Assembly (NCBI GenBank): GCA_013115145.1
Contig: JAAPAO010000016.1
Location: 62,001-126,000, forward strand
From: Perkinsus chesapeaki ATCC PRA-425
Taxonomy: Eukaryota; Protista; Perkinsozoa
Reading direction: 5' to 3'
Length of the DNA stretch: 64,000 nucleotides
The number at the start of each line of letters is the position of its first letter. Position 1 is the first letter of the stretch. Position numbers and translations under genes: made by a program. The notes under the pieces were generated by a model. The model worked only from the letters and a program-made list of their open reading frames with translations. It was not told the DNA's origin and searched no databases. Below are positions 46,508 through 61,620 of the stretch, piece after piece.

Positions 46508-46719
46508 ACCACATACATGCCATTCAGTGGTAAACTATACAGCTTTAAGTCCATCTTGACGTCACCGGGCATTTCCTGATGGCTCCATTAAATGAAGCCA
46601 TAGGCCCTGTAGCAAATACTCCACCACTGCTGATGTCGCTACATTTCGCTGTTGACTAGATAAGCTTAGAAATGCTCCTCAGGTTTATTATTTTTTATAT
46701 TCTATGGATCTCTCCTCAG

Positions 46720-49700
46720 CAAGTAAGGTCGATGCGGAAAATGGAGAACGTGACTCACTATTACGGCGGAGCGAAGCTGGGAACGGGAAGGTTTTTGTAT
46801 TGCCATTAAGAGATCGGGTGTTGTTCCCCGGGCTAAGAGCGCAGGCTTTGGTAGTAGGGGTGGGGGAAACACACTGAAATGCAACTAGAAGCAAGTAAAT
46901 ATGGTAATTCATGAGCACCGGGCATGTATTGCGCAAATAAGTGGGCTAAGATCGATTTGGTATAAATGTGACAGTCTTCGAATATGAAGGCTCCTTCGAG
47001 GATGAGAGCAACACTGCTGCCCTCGTGTATGGCATACGCGCAATCTCTAACATGTGTCCCAGATCGGATGAGCTAGTACCATGGGGAGGCGGTCGGTCGA
47101 CAGGTTTTAAGCGATCTTTCGAGCGGATCCGCTCTTAAAAGCAAAAAGGGTTCATCCAATAAAGTGTTGTAGATGATGCAGCATATGCGTGCAGGTTCAT
47201 CGTAGTGTTTATGATGCCTATGTAGCTCACCAGAGGAAGTTGGACGATTCTACTAGTCTGTCTAAGATAATCACAGTTGGTGTTAAAAATGATGGCGAGC
47301 ACGAGGAGTTGTGAGTTTATGGGACTACACCAGGGCTCTTGTCCTAGGCTGAGCTATAAAATATCTTGTCCTAGGTTGAGGTATAAAATATCTTGTCCTA
47401 GGTTGAGGTATAAAATATCTTGTCCTAGGTTGAGCTATAAAATATCTTGTCCTAGGTTGAGCNNNNNNNNNNNNNNNNNNNNNNNNNNNNNNNNNNNNNN
47501 NNNNNNNNNNNNNNNNNNNNNNNNNNNNNNNNNNNNNNNNNNNNNNNNNNNNNNNNTGATCTATAAAATATCTTGTCCTAGGTTGAGCTATAAAATATCT
47601 TGTCCTAGGTTGAGGTATAAAATATCTTGTCCTAGGTTGAGCTATAAAATATCTTGTCCTAGGTTGAGCTATAAAATATCTTGTCCTAGGTTGAGCTATA
47701 AAATATCTTGTCCTAGGTTGAGCTATAAAATATCTTGTCCTAGGTTGAGCTATAAAATATCTTGTCCTAGGTTGAGCTATAAAATATCTTGTCCTAGGTC
47801 GAGCTATAAAATATCTTATCCAGATCGATAGATACTCATGTCCAGATCGTCCACATCATTGCTTCATCACGGTAATCATTGCTTTGCAGCAATGATTACA
47901 AATTCCCTCCAAGCCATCCCCACACGGTATGTTTTGGTGGGGCGCTAAAATGGGACGAATTACACTGGAGAAAATAAACGGATGGCAACCTTCCCACTGG
48001 GAGATATCTCATAACACAGATGCGCACTAGCCAGATTTTCGGACCTCAGGGGCTCTCTTGGGTGGATAAACTGGGGAGTGGTGTGTTTATTAGGCACACG
48101 GTTGGTACACTATGTCGCATGGCATCGAGCAACGCCCTCACTACTAGCCAAGCCGGAGTGGATAGTAATACGCATGTCATACTGACACTGGAGGGACTGG
48201 ACAGGTAGATATTAGAAGGGATTCATCGGACTGGCTCGAGGGAGATGGGGAGCTGGTGGCGGAGGGATCAGTATGATGCTCGATTGCATTGGCGTGAATT
48301 CAAGTGCATAAACGCCTACGCAAATGCAGGGGGCTATAGGGGGACAGAGGGATATATGTTTTTATCTTATTGCCGACATTCAGTTGACTGTAAAGATTTC
48401 GCCATCGCCCTAGAGTGAGTTCGCACTGCCTCTAGGTTGGCGGTATAACTGATGAGTGCAGCCAATCTAGATTGATTTGGAATTCCGGGGCCGACAGCAT
48501 GAGTGTTGCATTTCTCAGGGTTCAACTTGATCTTAGTACATGTATTATTACCTACGATAACAGCCCAGTGGACATTAAAGGCACTCAGCAAGAAGGTAAC
48601 GGAGCCATGGCAGGCTTGGTAGGCTTTTGTGCCCAACCGAGAAGGTATAGAGGTATCCTCTATAACTACATACAGAAGATTCGGTTGCATTAATTTTTGT
48701 TTCGTTCAGAGTTGGTTGCGTAAATCTTCACAGTGCGTAGAATGATTCTATCAGGTGGTCGCAGCGTAGTATGCGGCAAGGCGGAGGTATCCCGGATTCT
48801 CCATTCTGTCCAGAAAGGCTCATCAGAGGAGATAGAAGCTCTTGCTGGTAGGCAGTAACAGCTTCTATAGCGGTGGCAGCACTACGAATTAAATGAATTA
48901 TTAGTTCCTGAATGTTGGCTATAGTTGCGCCTATCTACTCGGATTGGTGAGAACGTTTCAAGTCTTGTATTTTATGGACGTTTTATTGATCTCCGTAATT
49001 CCTTGTAACCGGTAGTGATATTTGTTATTACCGTAACGCCATCGTGGCCGTGTGATGAGGTATTCATTTTCCGTGCATGTTGAGACCGCTCGCGGTTGCA
49101 TATAACGTCAAGATGGAGAGTTGTGTCATGACGGTGGCTCCCATGGAGCCTTTGGAGAAAGTGTAGTGGCGTTTAGTATTGCAGGTGTTATATGACGTCG
49201 TTATGCGCTTACTTTCTTCAATACTGAGAAACGATTAATACTGATCGGTTCATGGGTCGAGTGAAAAGAGGGTTTCCCCTATTACCGTACCTTTCAGCTG
49301 GCTTACAACGGAAGATTGCTGAGCTGTTTAAGGTTGAAAAGAGGCTACAAGTAGGGCGGAGCGAAGCGCTTCTCGGATATTTCCGATCAGACGGTTACGA
49401 ATGGGAAGTTCCGGCAGACTGGGTTACCGGGACCACTGGGTGGGCTGGTAGCGTCACTGTGGAATGACAGAAGCCTAGGGGGGTTAGGGGAAGGTGGGAT
49501 TTGAGGAAGGAGCGGTATGAAAGGCAATGTTAGGTGGTGAGAAAGCTATTACGGACGTACCCATTAGAGCTGAGAAGTGTTCTTTATTTGCCGATATTAT
49601 ATGCGCTACTTTAAAGGTGGGCTCAGATGGCGCCACCGGGGATCGAACCTGCGTGTTATCAGGATGTCCCAATGGCTGCACGGCAGAAAGCCTTAGAGTG

Positions 49701-52700
49701 TCTTAGCATAGAAAAGAGGTTGCACATTGCGAAGGATATGGTGGATGAGCGAAGGGAGTCGCTGTTGGTGGCTAATCGGGTTAGGGTAAGCAGGTAAGGA
49801 AGATTTCCTTGTCTGAATATATATACGCCTGTATAATATAAGGTATTCCCGTAGAGCCTATATAACTCCATATAGGGAATTATCCGATGACAGTCGCTTG
49901 AGAAAGACTTATTACGCAAGCCGGCCCTCCGAGGATTTTCTACCAAACTTCTGCTGGATCTTGGTGTTGGTACCCCCAGCTACTTGCATTTAGAATAATA
50001 TAAGAAGGCAAGCGGACATGGACGTGCGAGAAAGAGTCATTCGACGGCAAATCCAGGAGCTTCAGGGAGAACTTAAGAAGATCGGTGAGCATCTCGCTGG
50101 TGATGCGTTCTCGTAGTGTCCGATTGTAGACGGTGGAGGTGGCAACGAGGATGAATTAACGATGCTTACCAATAAACTGGCTGCTATTGACCTTCCTAAG
50201 GATATGCGTTCGGTAAGGCAGAGATCTGTGTCCAGCAAGATGATGGTTTAGGTGTGCGATAGGGAGCTACATAAGATGCAGAACACGCCAACGACGCATC
50301 CCGACTACACAGTTTCGAGGTGAGCTGCTCTAGCCGAGGATTTAGGCGCATCTCGGATGGGTGGTGTAGTCTTTTGAGCTCCTTTTGAAGCTTTCTCGTG
50401 GGTGACAGACTATATGTGACAGTGTGCTTCATGTTTGAGAAGACCCTATGAACAAATTGTGAGATACGTCTAACTATCAATGTAGTCAATGTTGTATACG
50501 GTGCACCTACTCCAATAAGTCTGCTGTGTAATTGGAGTCTCCAATTTGGAGATATAATCACCTATTACGTTCCCCGTGCTTTCAAGCGATCAAACTCTTT
50601 CCATATTCAACAATTTAATTTCAACTTATCCTTCAACTTTTCAGTGGTACTCAGTACTTTCAATGTATTACCATCTGACCACCTCCTCAGAACGTACCTC
50701 GAGACGGTTGCCTCGCTACCGTGGGCGTTGGATACCGGAGACGTGGCAATAGATTTGGAGAAGGCAAGATATGTTCTTGATAGGGATCACTTCGGTATGG
50801 CTAAGGTAGCAACTACACAGAGAAGCCTGTTATCGGTTAACTAGTAGGTTAAGAAACGGCTAATGGAGTATCTGGCGGTAGTTAAGCTGCATCAGGGAGA
50901 GGCGAGTAGCACTGTGGACGAGCAGCAGCAGCAGCGATCGATGTATGATTCGGGCATTGGTTTTAGTGGCTGCGAGTAGCATCTACGGCAATGCCGATCG
51001 CGCCCAACGCTCTCCGTTAGCGTAGGTCTCGCCAAAGAGCGAGTTCAAGTCATCGTACGAGTTTGGAGGGAGAGCGCGGAGTTCATCATCGTGAACGAGG
51101 GTCGTTGGAATTCTCATAACCCTTCTTTGGGCGCGGCTTTTAAGATTCCCAATGATTTGGTGCGCCTCAGCTATGGCATCTTGCGAGACTAGCTTTTTCT
51201 CCATGGGATGGAGCGACATTTACGGTGCCGTCAGCCTGCGGTGGTGTGCACTGGTAGAGGCGACAAGGATTCCACGTTACTCTGCGAGGCCCTCTAAGTA
51301 GTACAGGGGTTCTTGTCGCCTCTACTTGTCGCTGGTATGAGCCATGTTGCATAAGTTGATGAAGATCCCGGCGGGATCATCCCGCTGTTCTCCGAGAGTT
51401 GTGCTACTATCAGACGGGTTTCGGTTTTGAGCACTTGGGCAAGAGTGATAACGAGGGCAATACCCCATTCAAATCTGAAACTACTACCCATATTTTTGTC
51501 CGGGCTTATAAGTTGATGGTTAGCATCCATTTGGGCACGACCAAGACCAGCCTTCCCGAGAAACAGGAAACGGAATGCGGAAATGCATATACAACGGATC
51601 GCAACAAATTCCAAGGAATTTTTGGTAGCACGCCGTCTGAAGCGCATTGCTGCGGAGGGTCCGATTGATGCTTTAGGGATATTGCATATGGGGTCTTCTA
51701 AGAGACGACAAATAATGGTTTTATCGAAGCTTCCGTAAATGTATGTTGAAGTGGTTCCCAACGGATGTACAACCATGGAAAATGATGTCCTTGACGTCAC
51801 CGGTCACAGCTTCCGACGCACCGGCGCTACGATATTATGTAGAGTGGGTGTCCCGGAGGATGAGATCAAACTGGCCGGGAGTTGGAAGTCCGACGCATGG
51901 AAGGGTTACGGCGAATCAGCGCTCATGAAGACTGCTAGGACCCACGCGGAAATGACGAGAAAAGCTGTGTCTAATTAATTAAGCCAACTTGATGATCGAG
52001 TCCTGATCGAAGCGCCACCGCCGTAGTGTGTTTACGCAGTCCAATATATCTACCACTGTGCTAGTAGCACTTGTACTGTATATGTTTGTGCTGGGCAGTA
52101 CGAGCAACGGATGCATATCGTAGTGTCAGTAAGACGCAGCCGTGTTTTGTTCTTGCGAAGTCGTCCACAGTCAGCAGAGCTTGGGTGACAGGGTGGTTCG
52201 AGCTTTTCGGGGGAACCTCGTTCGCCCTGCGATAGAACCTGCCTGCACGTAAGGTTGCGGTCCTCAACTTGCGGACGAGGCTTCGACACGGCTTTTCTGG
52301 CTTTTAAAGAGTCACTTTGAATAAGGCAGGGAGAGAAATCCGCTTTTTCAAAACTTTCCTATTGCCCTTTCAAATTCCATGCCTCATTATTTCAGATCTC
52401 CCGAGGAAGAAAGTGGGCCTTCGTTAGTACCATCCCCGTCCTCAAGAACAGCAGAGCGGAGGGCTCCTCCTCCCGGTCCTGTTATGTGCCTAGTTGGTCC
52501 TCCAGGTAACTTGACTTATATGCGAGTTGTTAGCGTATGGATTTAGGTGTTGGTAAGACGTCCCTTTGTCGAAGTATTGCAGAAGCATTGGGCAAGAAGT
52601 TCTGTCGAGTGTCTCTGGGAGGAGTTCGCGATGAAGCCGAGATACGCGGTCACAGGTAAGGCAATTACATACTGGCAAAATAATTTGTACTCGACAAGAC

Positions 52701-55700
52701 TTCGTATTCTTGAAAGCGCAAAAAAGTGACCGAACAACTGGCTGGGAATTTTCACGCACGTTCAGGCTCCTATTCGGTATCATCTGTAGCTGAATATTAT
52801 CAATACCAATCCAAGTGGCATCTAACTTTCCAGCAATACCTCCCCAACGCTTACGTGCGGAATTTCGGCAGCAGGAATACTCGTTTTTACTCCTCTGGGC
52901 TACGCTGTTGTCTTGTCGCCTCTTATAAGAGTGATGCGGCCTTCCCTCAGACGTACCTATATCGGTTCTATGTTGGGCACAGTTCTCCAAGAGCTAGCTC
53001 GATGTGGCAGCAGAGAATGTGTTATGCTACTCGATGAGACCGATAAAGTTGCACAGCCGGGCTTTAACTCGAACGCTCAAGGTAGGCATCGGAAATCCTT
53101 TATTATTCTTCAAGGGAAGTGTTACCGTGCAGTATGCCGGTCTGCTGATTTTTGTTAGTACTATCATCCAGCTCTAGGAACTCTCGACTGAGTGGATGTG
53201 ATATACGGCGATCAACGCGACCTCTATTTTTATCGTCTTTCTGACTGGTAGATTCCAGATTGAATCGGGATAATATCAAACATCACTAAGTGCTCAGCCG
53301 TTACGTACTGTCGGTGATTCAGTTACGGTACGATTACGGTTGATAGACTCTTTTTGTCCGTGGCCCATTGATTATCATCATTATAATTTGATATTCTCCT
53401 CCATTGGTTTCTCTCGTATGTCGTGTGTTGTAATATGACTCTAGCGGCATTGCACTGCTATCAACCCGATACTATCGGTTATCGTAAACTCACTTCCCTT
53501 CCCCCCCTCAGCGGCCTTGCTCGAGCTCCTCGATCCTTCCCAGAACGCCACCTTCCGCGACCACTACTTGGGTGTCCCGTTCGACCTGTCATGCGTTACG
53601 TTCATTTGCACGGCGAACTCTGCCAGTGAGCTGTCGGCCTTCTAATGCGCTAGATGGATAGCATCAGGCGAGATGAGCCGACCGCTGATAGACCGTCTGG
53701 AGATGATAGAGATCCCCAGCTACACACTTGAAGAGAAACGGGAGATTGCTAAGAGGTAAGATGCGGGTTCACTTTTCGATCGTGGAGTCATGGAGCCTCG
53801 TAGAAATTTGTTCCTCAGGGATTGGAAAATATTTCTATAGTGGTTTTTTCACAGTAGAGTCTCTACTTCGAATATCTCTACTGTCGAGACTGTGGCAGGA
53901 AATTCGTGCGCATGTCAGAAAGAAAGATCTACGTGCAATCCTTATGACAACATGTGATGTTTATTTATGAACTAGGTGGACAGAAGAAGCTTCCGTGGGC
54001 TTGAAGACAGTTTGACTTGTAGATTTTAGCAGTTCAGCGATGTGGAATTTCACCGTGGCTTTGCGCCTTTTGCATTTCCTATAGAGCTGTTCCTTTGCCT
54101 CAGGCATCTATTCCCACGTCAATTGAAGTCACATTGTCTACCGACAGGATCAGCGGGTATTGATGATGATGCCATTGACCACCTCATCGAATGTTATACT
54201 AAAGAGGCTGGTGTACGGTAGGACAGAGGTCGACGGTATAGGGGGCAGAGTTACGTCTACCTCCTCCTCGGGGATAGTGGCACTTTAAGATAGCCTATAG
54301 ACTATAGGCTATCATAATAGGCGTAAATAATAGGCACTATAGGCGTAATACTATAGGCTATAGTATCACGACCAGATATCCTTACTGGAAGAATGATTTC
54401 GCATAGTGCACTGGCGAACACGCTGGAATTGTTAATGCTACTATTTGTACCATGTGGAATCTCTCTAGTTGGAAACTGACCGTAAAAGCCACTTTCGGTG
54501 AGTTTAGTCGTTCTACTTGGCGATCTCGAATTCGTATGAGATCTGTTGCCAGGATATCAATGATTTCTATGATGATGGTTCAGGAAACTATTAATATCTA
54601 CATAGCGTCTATACTTAATTGGTCTTTCATTCGGATAGTCTTGTACAGTTTTATCGGTCTTCCCACAGGTCTCTCGAGCGACGGCTCGGCGACGTGTGTC
54701 GCTATATTGCCGTGAAAACGACAGAGTCAAATGAAGCATCAAAATCCATAACAGTGAGCTCCTCTGTTCCACAGTATCACTGTGCTTAAGATACATCGAC
54801 GAGAACTGCCGGACATTGTCGGTCCAGAGCTGTTTGATTCCCCCACGGAGCTTTCGGCGAGGAGGGCTAAGCTCTTCGGGCAAGGGCAACAAATCGGGGT
54901 AACGTATGTCTCGGGTTCATTCGCGCGAAGTCGTCGGCGCCGTAAGGCCTGGCGCGCCACGCTGTCTCCGAAAGTTCTTATGAGCGACTCGGTGAAAGCG
55001 CGAGAATTAACATGTCACCATTCATCTCCAAAAATGAATACGTACCCACGCGCCGGCAGTTCGTTGGCTGTGCTGAATGGATCGACCTATCATCAAACAT
55101 TCGCTCGTGTTTGGCAGTACTGAGCGTTACAGCCCCCATTGCGCTTGCGTGCACTGCCGGGTACGCAGGAGCATTGGTGTCTCCGAATAGTGTGGTCTGA
55201 TAATAGAAGATACTCGCTTCTTGACCAATGGGAAGCCACCCGCCTTAACCCGGTTGGTTTGAGACCTTCTTTGACGAATCCGGGGCTTGCTGCACGGTGT
55301 GACGATATCTAGAGCTTTACGGTTGATGATACAGGCCTTCTGTCGCACTTGGCAACTGGAGACAACGTAAAAATCAATCGCTTTACCAAAAGTGATCTAC
55401 GGGTCTTTTCGATTAGCTCCATGTCGGTCCAAGATACGCCCACAATAGTTTCGAAGTCTTTCTGATTGGGCCTTGTCAGGTTGCTCTAGGGTTAGCAGTT
55501 ACGGCTGCCGGTGGGGATGTGTTGGAGATTGAGACCACCATTACTAGCAGTTCAATGGCCAATGGAGGCAGTGGTAAAGTGTCCATCACTGGTAGGAATG
55601 TTGTGAGACGAGCTATCGTCTGAGGTGAAATGGATTGACGCTCCGCAATATGGATCACGCATCGTTCACAATGATGGGACTTTATCATTCCATTCGCTTT

Positions 55701-57207
55701 CACAATCATCTGCATTATCACAAGCCGAATTGCCCCACGAAGCTCGATAGTTAGCAGCTTTGCGGACCTTGTCGGTTCCGTGGGTAATTGTGGTTTATTG
55801 TGGATGAGTTCCATGACATACAGTGAAGGATACGGGATAGGGCTTTGGTATTGATCACGTTAAAGTAGTCTCATTCGCACTGTATTGCTATGCATGAATA
55901 TTTCAATCGAATCCAACCTTGCTCAGGTCAGCTAGGTGAAGTGATGAGGGAATCTGTCACGACAGCCATGGCGCATCTGAGGGCGAGGGTGAATGCTTTA
56001 CAAAATACAACTGCTGAAGGTCAGCTGCGGCTGCCGCCTTTCATCCGTACTTGCAGTGTGCCTACAAGAACTCAATGAGGGCTCCGCTTACTTAGGGAGT
56101 GTATTTCTGGTGGACACTCAAACGAGCTCTCTTTGTTTTGGCTCATTTTTTAAGAGGGTATCTTATCGAGGCTACCCGAACGAGCACCATGCATTTTGGC
56201 ATTTATTGACTCCATAGCTTAACGAATACGATAAGTGCGGATTTAACAACTGGATAGTCCAATTTTCCCCTGTAGAATATCGAGGGCAAGCACAGCAACA
56301 TACCAGCTTGGGGCTACACTAGTAGTAGAGATCTCCCCTGGAGCCGCTAGCAATGATAGCTGATAGCAATGGCACTCTTACTAGTCCTCTAATGTGACAG
56401 CAGTATGGAAGTAAATCCTCAAGTAGCACGAGACTCGGGTGTATAGAAATATGTCTACGAGCTCTATAAGCCGGCTTAACTTATCATTAATGTCGATCGC
56501 TCAGCTCATGGCGTTGCTGGTTTCAGACCTCCCTTCGCCAATAGAGAGTATCTTTCGTTCAATCGACCCAAGGCTCCTATCGTCTGCGGACGTCCACGTC
56601 CATTTCCCAGCTGGAGCCGTGCCCAAGGACGGCCCGAGCGCCGGTAGGGCCACGCCTGGCACTTGTACCTTGGCATTGGCGCCTTTAGGTGTTGCAGTGT
56701 TGTTAGCTTTGGTGTCTCTTTTTACTGGTATTCCTATTCCACCGAATATAGCTACGACGGGTGAGGCCACCTCAGCGGGCGTTGAGTATGTAAAGGTCTG
56801 TTAGGTGAAATCACTTTAACGGGGCAAGTCCTTACGATTGGGGGTGTTCGTGACAAGGCCCTGGCGGCACAGAGGGCTGGAATTGATACTATCATTATCC
56901 CGCGGGCCAACGCTAGAACGTAGGTTGCCGCTACAGCAATCATATCTCTTAATAGAGTCAGGATGAATATATGTTACTTTTTCATACCATATTTCCGTCA
57001 AATCGTGCTGTCTCTGGCAGGTTACGGGCATCATTGCCGTTGTCAGTCCTGGAATCGTTGGACATGTTATTTATTGACCATATAGATGAAGCCCTTATGA
57101 GAGTCTTCAAGCCCTCATCAGATAGGCGGCACTCGAGAAGCAGCGTGGCCCTTCCTCGACCCAACAACGTCTTGTCCCCTGCCGAAGCTGCAAGATCCGC
57201 TTTGTAG
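46720..57207 (+). CDS. ATP-dependent Lon protease (LON N-domain, AAA+ and S16 protease), more than 20 exons; start lies upstream of 46720
   Basis: [59 protein letters not shown], Walker [65 protein letters not shown] (catalytic Ser) and IGGVRDK (catalytic Lys). Confidence 0.95.
47337..47820. repeat. 27-bp minisatellite in a Lon intron, spanning an N gap
   Basis: Unit TTGTCCTAGGTTGAGCTATAAAATATC with a GAGC/GAGG variant; at least 14 visible copies. Confidence 0.95.
49617..49662 (+). other. 46-nt GT-AG Lon intron containing an antisense tRNA 3' end
   Basis: Sequence is GTGGGCTCAGA-TGGCGCCACCGGGGATCGAACCTGCG-TGTTATCAG. The reverse complement has GGTTCGATCCCCGG-TGGCGCCA. Removing it joins ICATLK to [12 protein letters not shown] in frame. 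Confidence 0.75.
50980..51978 (+). mobile_element. Degenerate tyrosine-recombinase element (DIRS/Ngaro/Crypton-like) inside a Lon intron (50943-52395)
   Basis: [11 protein letters not shown]...[21 protein letters not shown] carries the H-x-x-R, W and Y catalytic residues. Upstream is IHLGTTKTS (SKTD-like). Stops and frameshifts separate the segments. Confidence 0.8.
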
Positions 57208-57699
57208 GCATGCGTTTTACTAAGCTTCCAGTCACACAGTTGTGTTTCGTTTGCGGTAGGGGGATTATCTGAACTCCGAACTAGTGCTGCGGACACTCGC
57301 TTCTGGTAGTCCAGCTGCTATCGGGATCAGTGGAATTCTGCGCTGTTACCCGCTCTGGCTTGTTAAGGTTTTGTGAGTATCTCAGCCGACTTGAATCATG
57401 TAACTTAGCGTTGTAAAGCACCCCTCTGTGTGGTCATCCTTAGTAGCATACACGGGCAACAGGCCTGTCGTGCTATCAGCGGCTGAGCCAGCTTCTAGTG
57501 ACCTATCGTAACAGCTACCTAGTACAGCCAATCAATTGGTTCCATCACCAGAGACAGGGCATTTCTTGAGGTATACTTCTTGGCAGCGCCAAGAATTGTG
57601 AGTCCTAGAACGTTTCGGGGTCGCTTCTTGCAGAATACGAGCTAGTGGGAATCTTATGACCGTTTCTCTCTTATCCAGCATTCACTTATCGTTATAATA

Positions 57700-58955
57700 A
57701 TGCTCTCTATTGGTCGTGGCTATCGCGGCATTTCCCGCATCTGCCTTGCGGCCGCTCAGGCTGCTGCCAGTAGGAAGTTTGTGGTCCCCGTTGGTGTCGA
57801 TGATGTCGAGGGTACCGCCGCCGCTATCAAGAAGGCCGTCGAGTTGGCTAAAGATGGTGAGCAAATGGCAGGAGTGAAAATATCTTAAATCTTCATAGTG
57901 CGCATTTTTCTCAGGTGATATGATTTCCTGTGTCCACGTGCCCCGTCCCTTTCCTGAGTATCTCCTATCTAGTATGAATGATCCTGGTGCTGTCAGCGCT
58001 GAAGGCGAAGCGCTTTTTTTCGGAGGGTAAGCCTGTCAAAGTCTGTCCATATCATCTTCTTGTATCGATCCTTTCATCTCTTTTAATTTGGTAATTGCAT
58101 AGGAACTGACTCGACAGTGTAGCGTAAATTACCTAGTCTACCTAGCTTTTCGCATTGAATCTCCTTACAACTCAATGGAGGTGGTTATGGTTGGATCAAT
58201 CGGTGTAATATATTATTCAGTTCCCGCTTTTCACTCCTTATCATTGCTGCTTTCCATCGTATTACATTAGCCTCATTTCTTTGCCTTGTGCTAGCGGCTT
58301 CGCTCCGCCTACCTGCGCATTCCTCCCTGTTTTCTGGCATTTAAGTCTGCCTCGTTCCAGTTACTTGAAGAGCCTCTTCGAGGCTACTGGCCCGAGTATC
58401 ATCACCAAAGTGCGTAAGGAAGTGGAAGACTTGGCCGTGGAGAAGAACCTGCAGACCGAGTACAAGCTGTTGAGTCCTAGCAACAATGTCAAGGTGAGAT
58501 CCTGACACTCTACGAATAGAGCTCACTTGCTGAAATGAACTGCTTGAGAAAGTACAGGCCCTTGCTAGCGATGCAGTTGCATACTTCGCCGAGAGCATTC
58601 TCCCTTGTGATCGGGGATGTTTTTTAACTAATCCGTCTGGGCATTATAGCTCGGCCACACCACTGAAGTGACTCGTATCATTCACTTTGAATTACTATTG
58701 TGACTAATACTGTATGTCATCCGTCATTATAATACTCTGACCTGTCAGGTTGAACTAGTTGCCCACTGTCGTACCACCGGTGCTGATTATGTCGTCGTCG
58801 GTCCAGGAAAGGATTGCTCCGGCAGGATGGCCGAGTGGCTTTGCGGGTAGACCCTCTGTTTGCTGCAAGCCATTAAACTTATCGGTTTCAGTAACGTCCG
58901 TGGAGCTACAGTCGTGGCTGTAAGGGATCACTGCAAGGGAACTGTTCAGGGCTGA
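57700..58955 (+). CDS. Universal stress protein (UspA-like) with a basic N-terminal presequence-like extension
   Basis: KFVVPVGVDDVEGTAAAIKKAVELAKDG-DMISCVHV, then VELVAHCRTTGADYVVVG and VRGATVVAVR, a typical USP strand pattern. Confidence 0.75.
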
Positions 58956-59084
58956 TTCGATAATACTGATGGCGCTCAATAAGGAGTTCGCCAATATGAT
59001 GATGATGATGTTAATGAATCTTATTCTATCCCCTCTTCGCATCTGCGTTTCTTCCTTGCCATGCCTACTAGTTTACTATTCTAT

Positions 59085-61620
<2,536 letters not shown>

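Noticed and set aside
46297-47820. Repeat arrays as CRISPR, and the [12 protein letters not shown] (47277-47831) as a protein
   Set aside because: The units are head-to-tail with no unique spacers, the context is eukaryotic, and the ORF is just the translation of a 27-bp intronic minisatellite.
54290-54365. CTATAG/TATAGGC-rich stretch in a Lon intron
   Set aside because: It is degenerate low-complexity sequence with no fixed period or structure.
58821-58838. GGCAGGATGGCCGAGTGG resembles the 5' end of tRNA-Leu/Ser
   Set aside because: It lies in frame within a USP exon (SGRMAEW) and has no anticodon arm or T-arm downstream.
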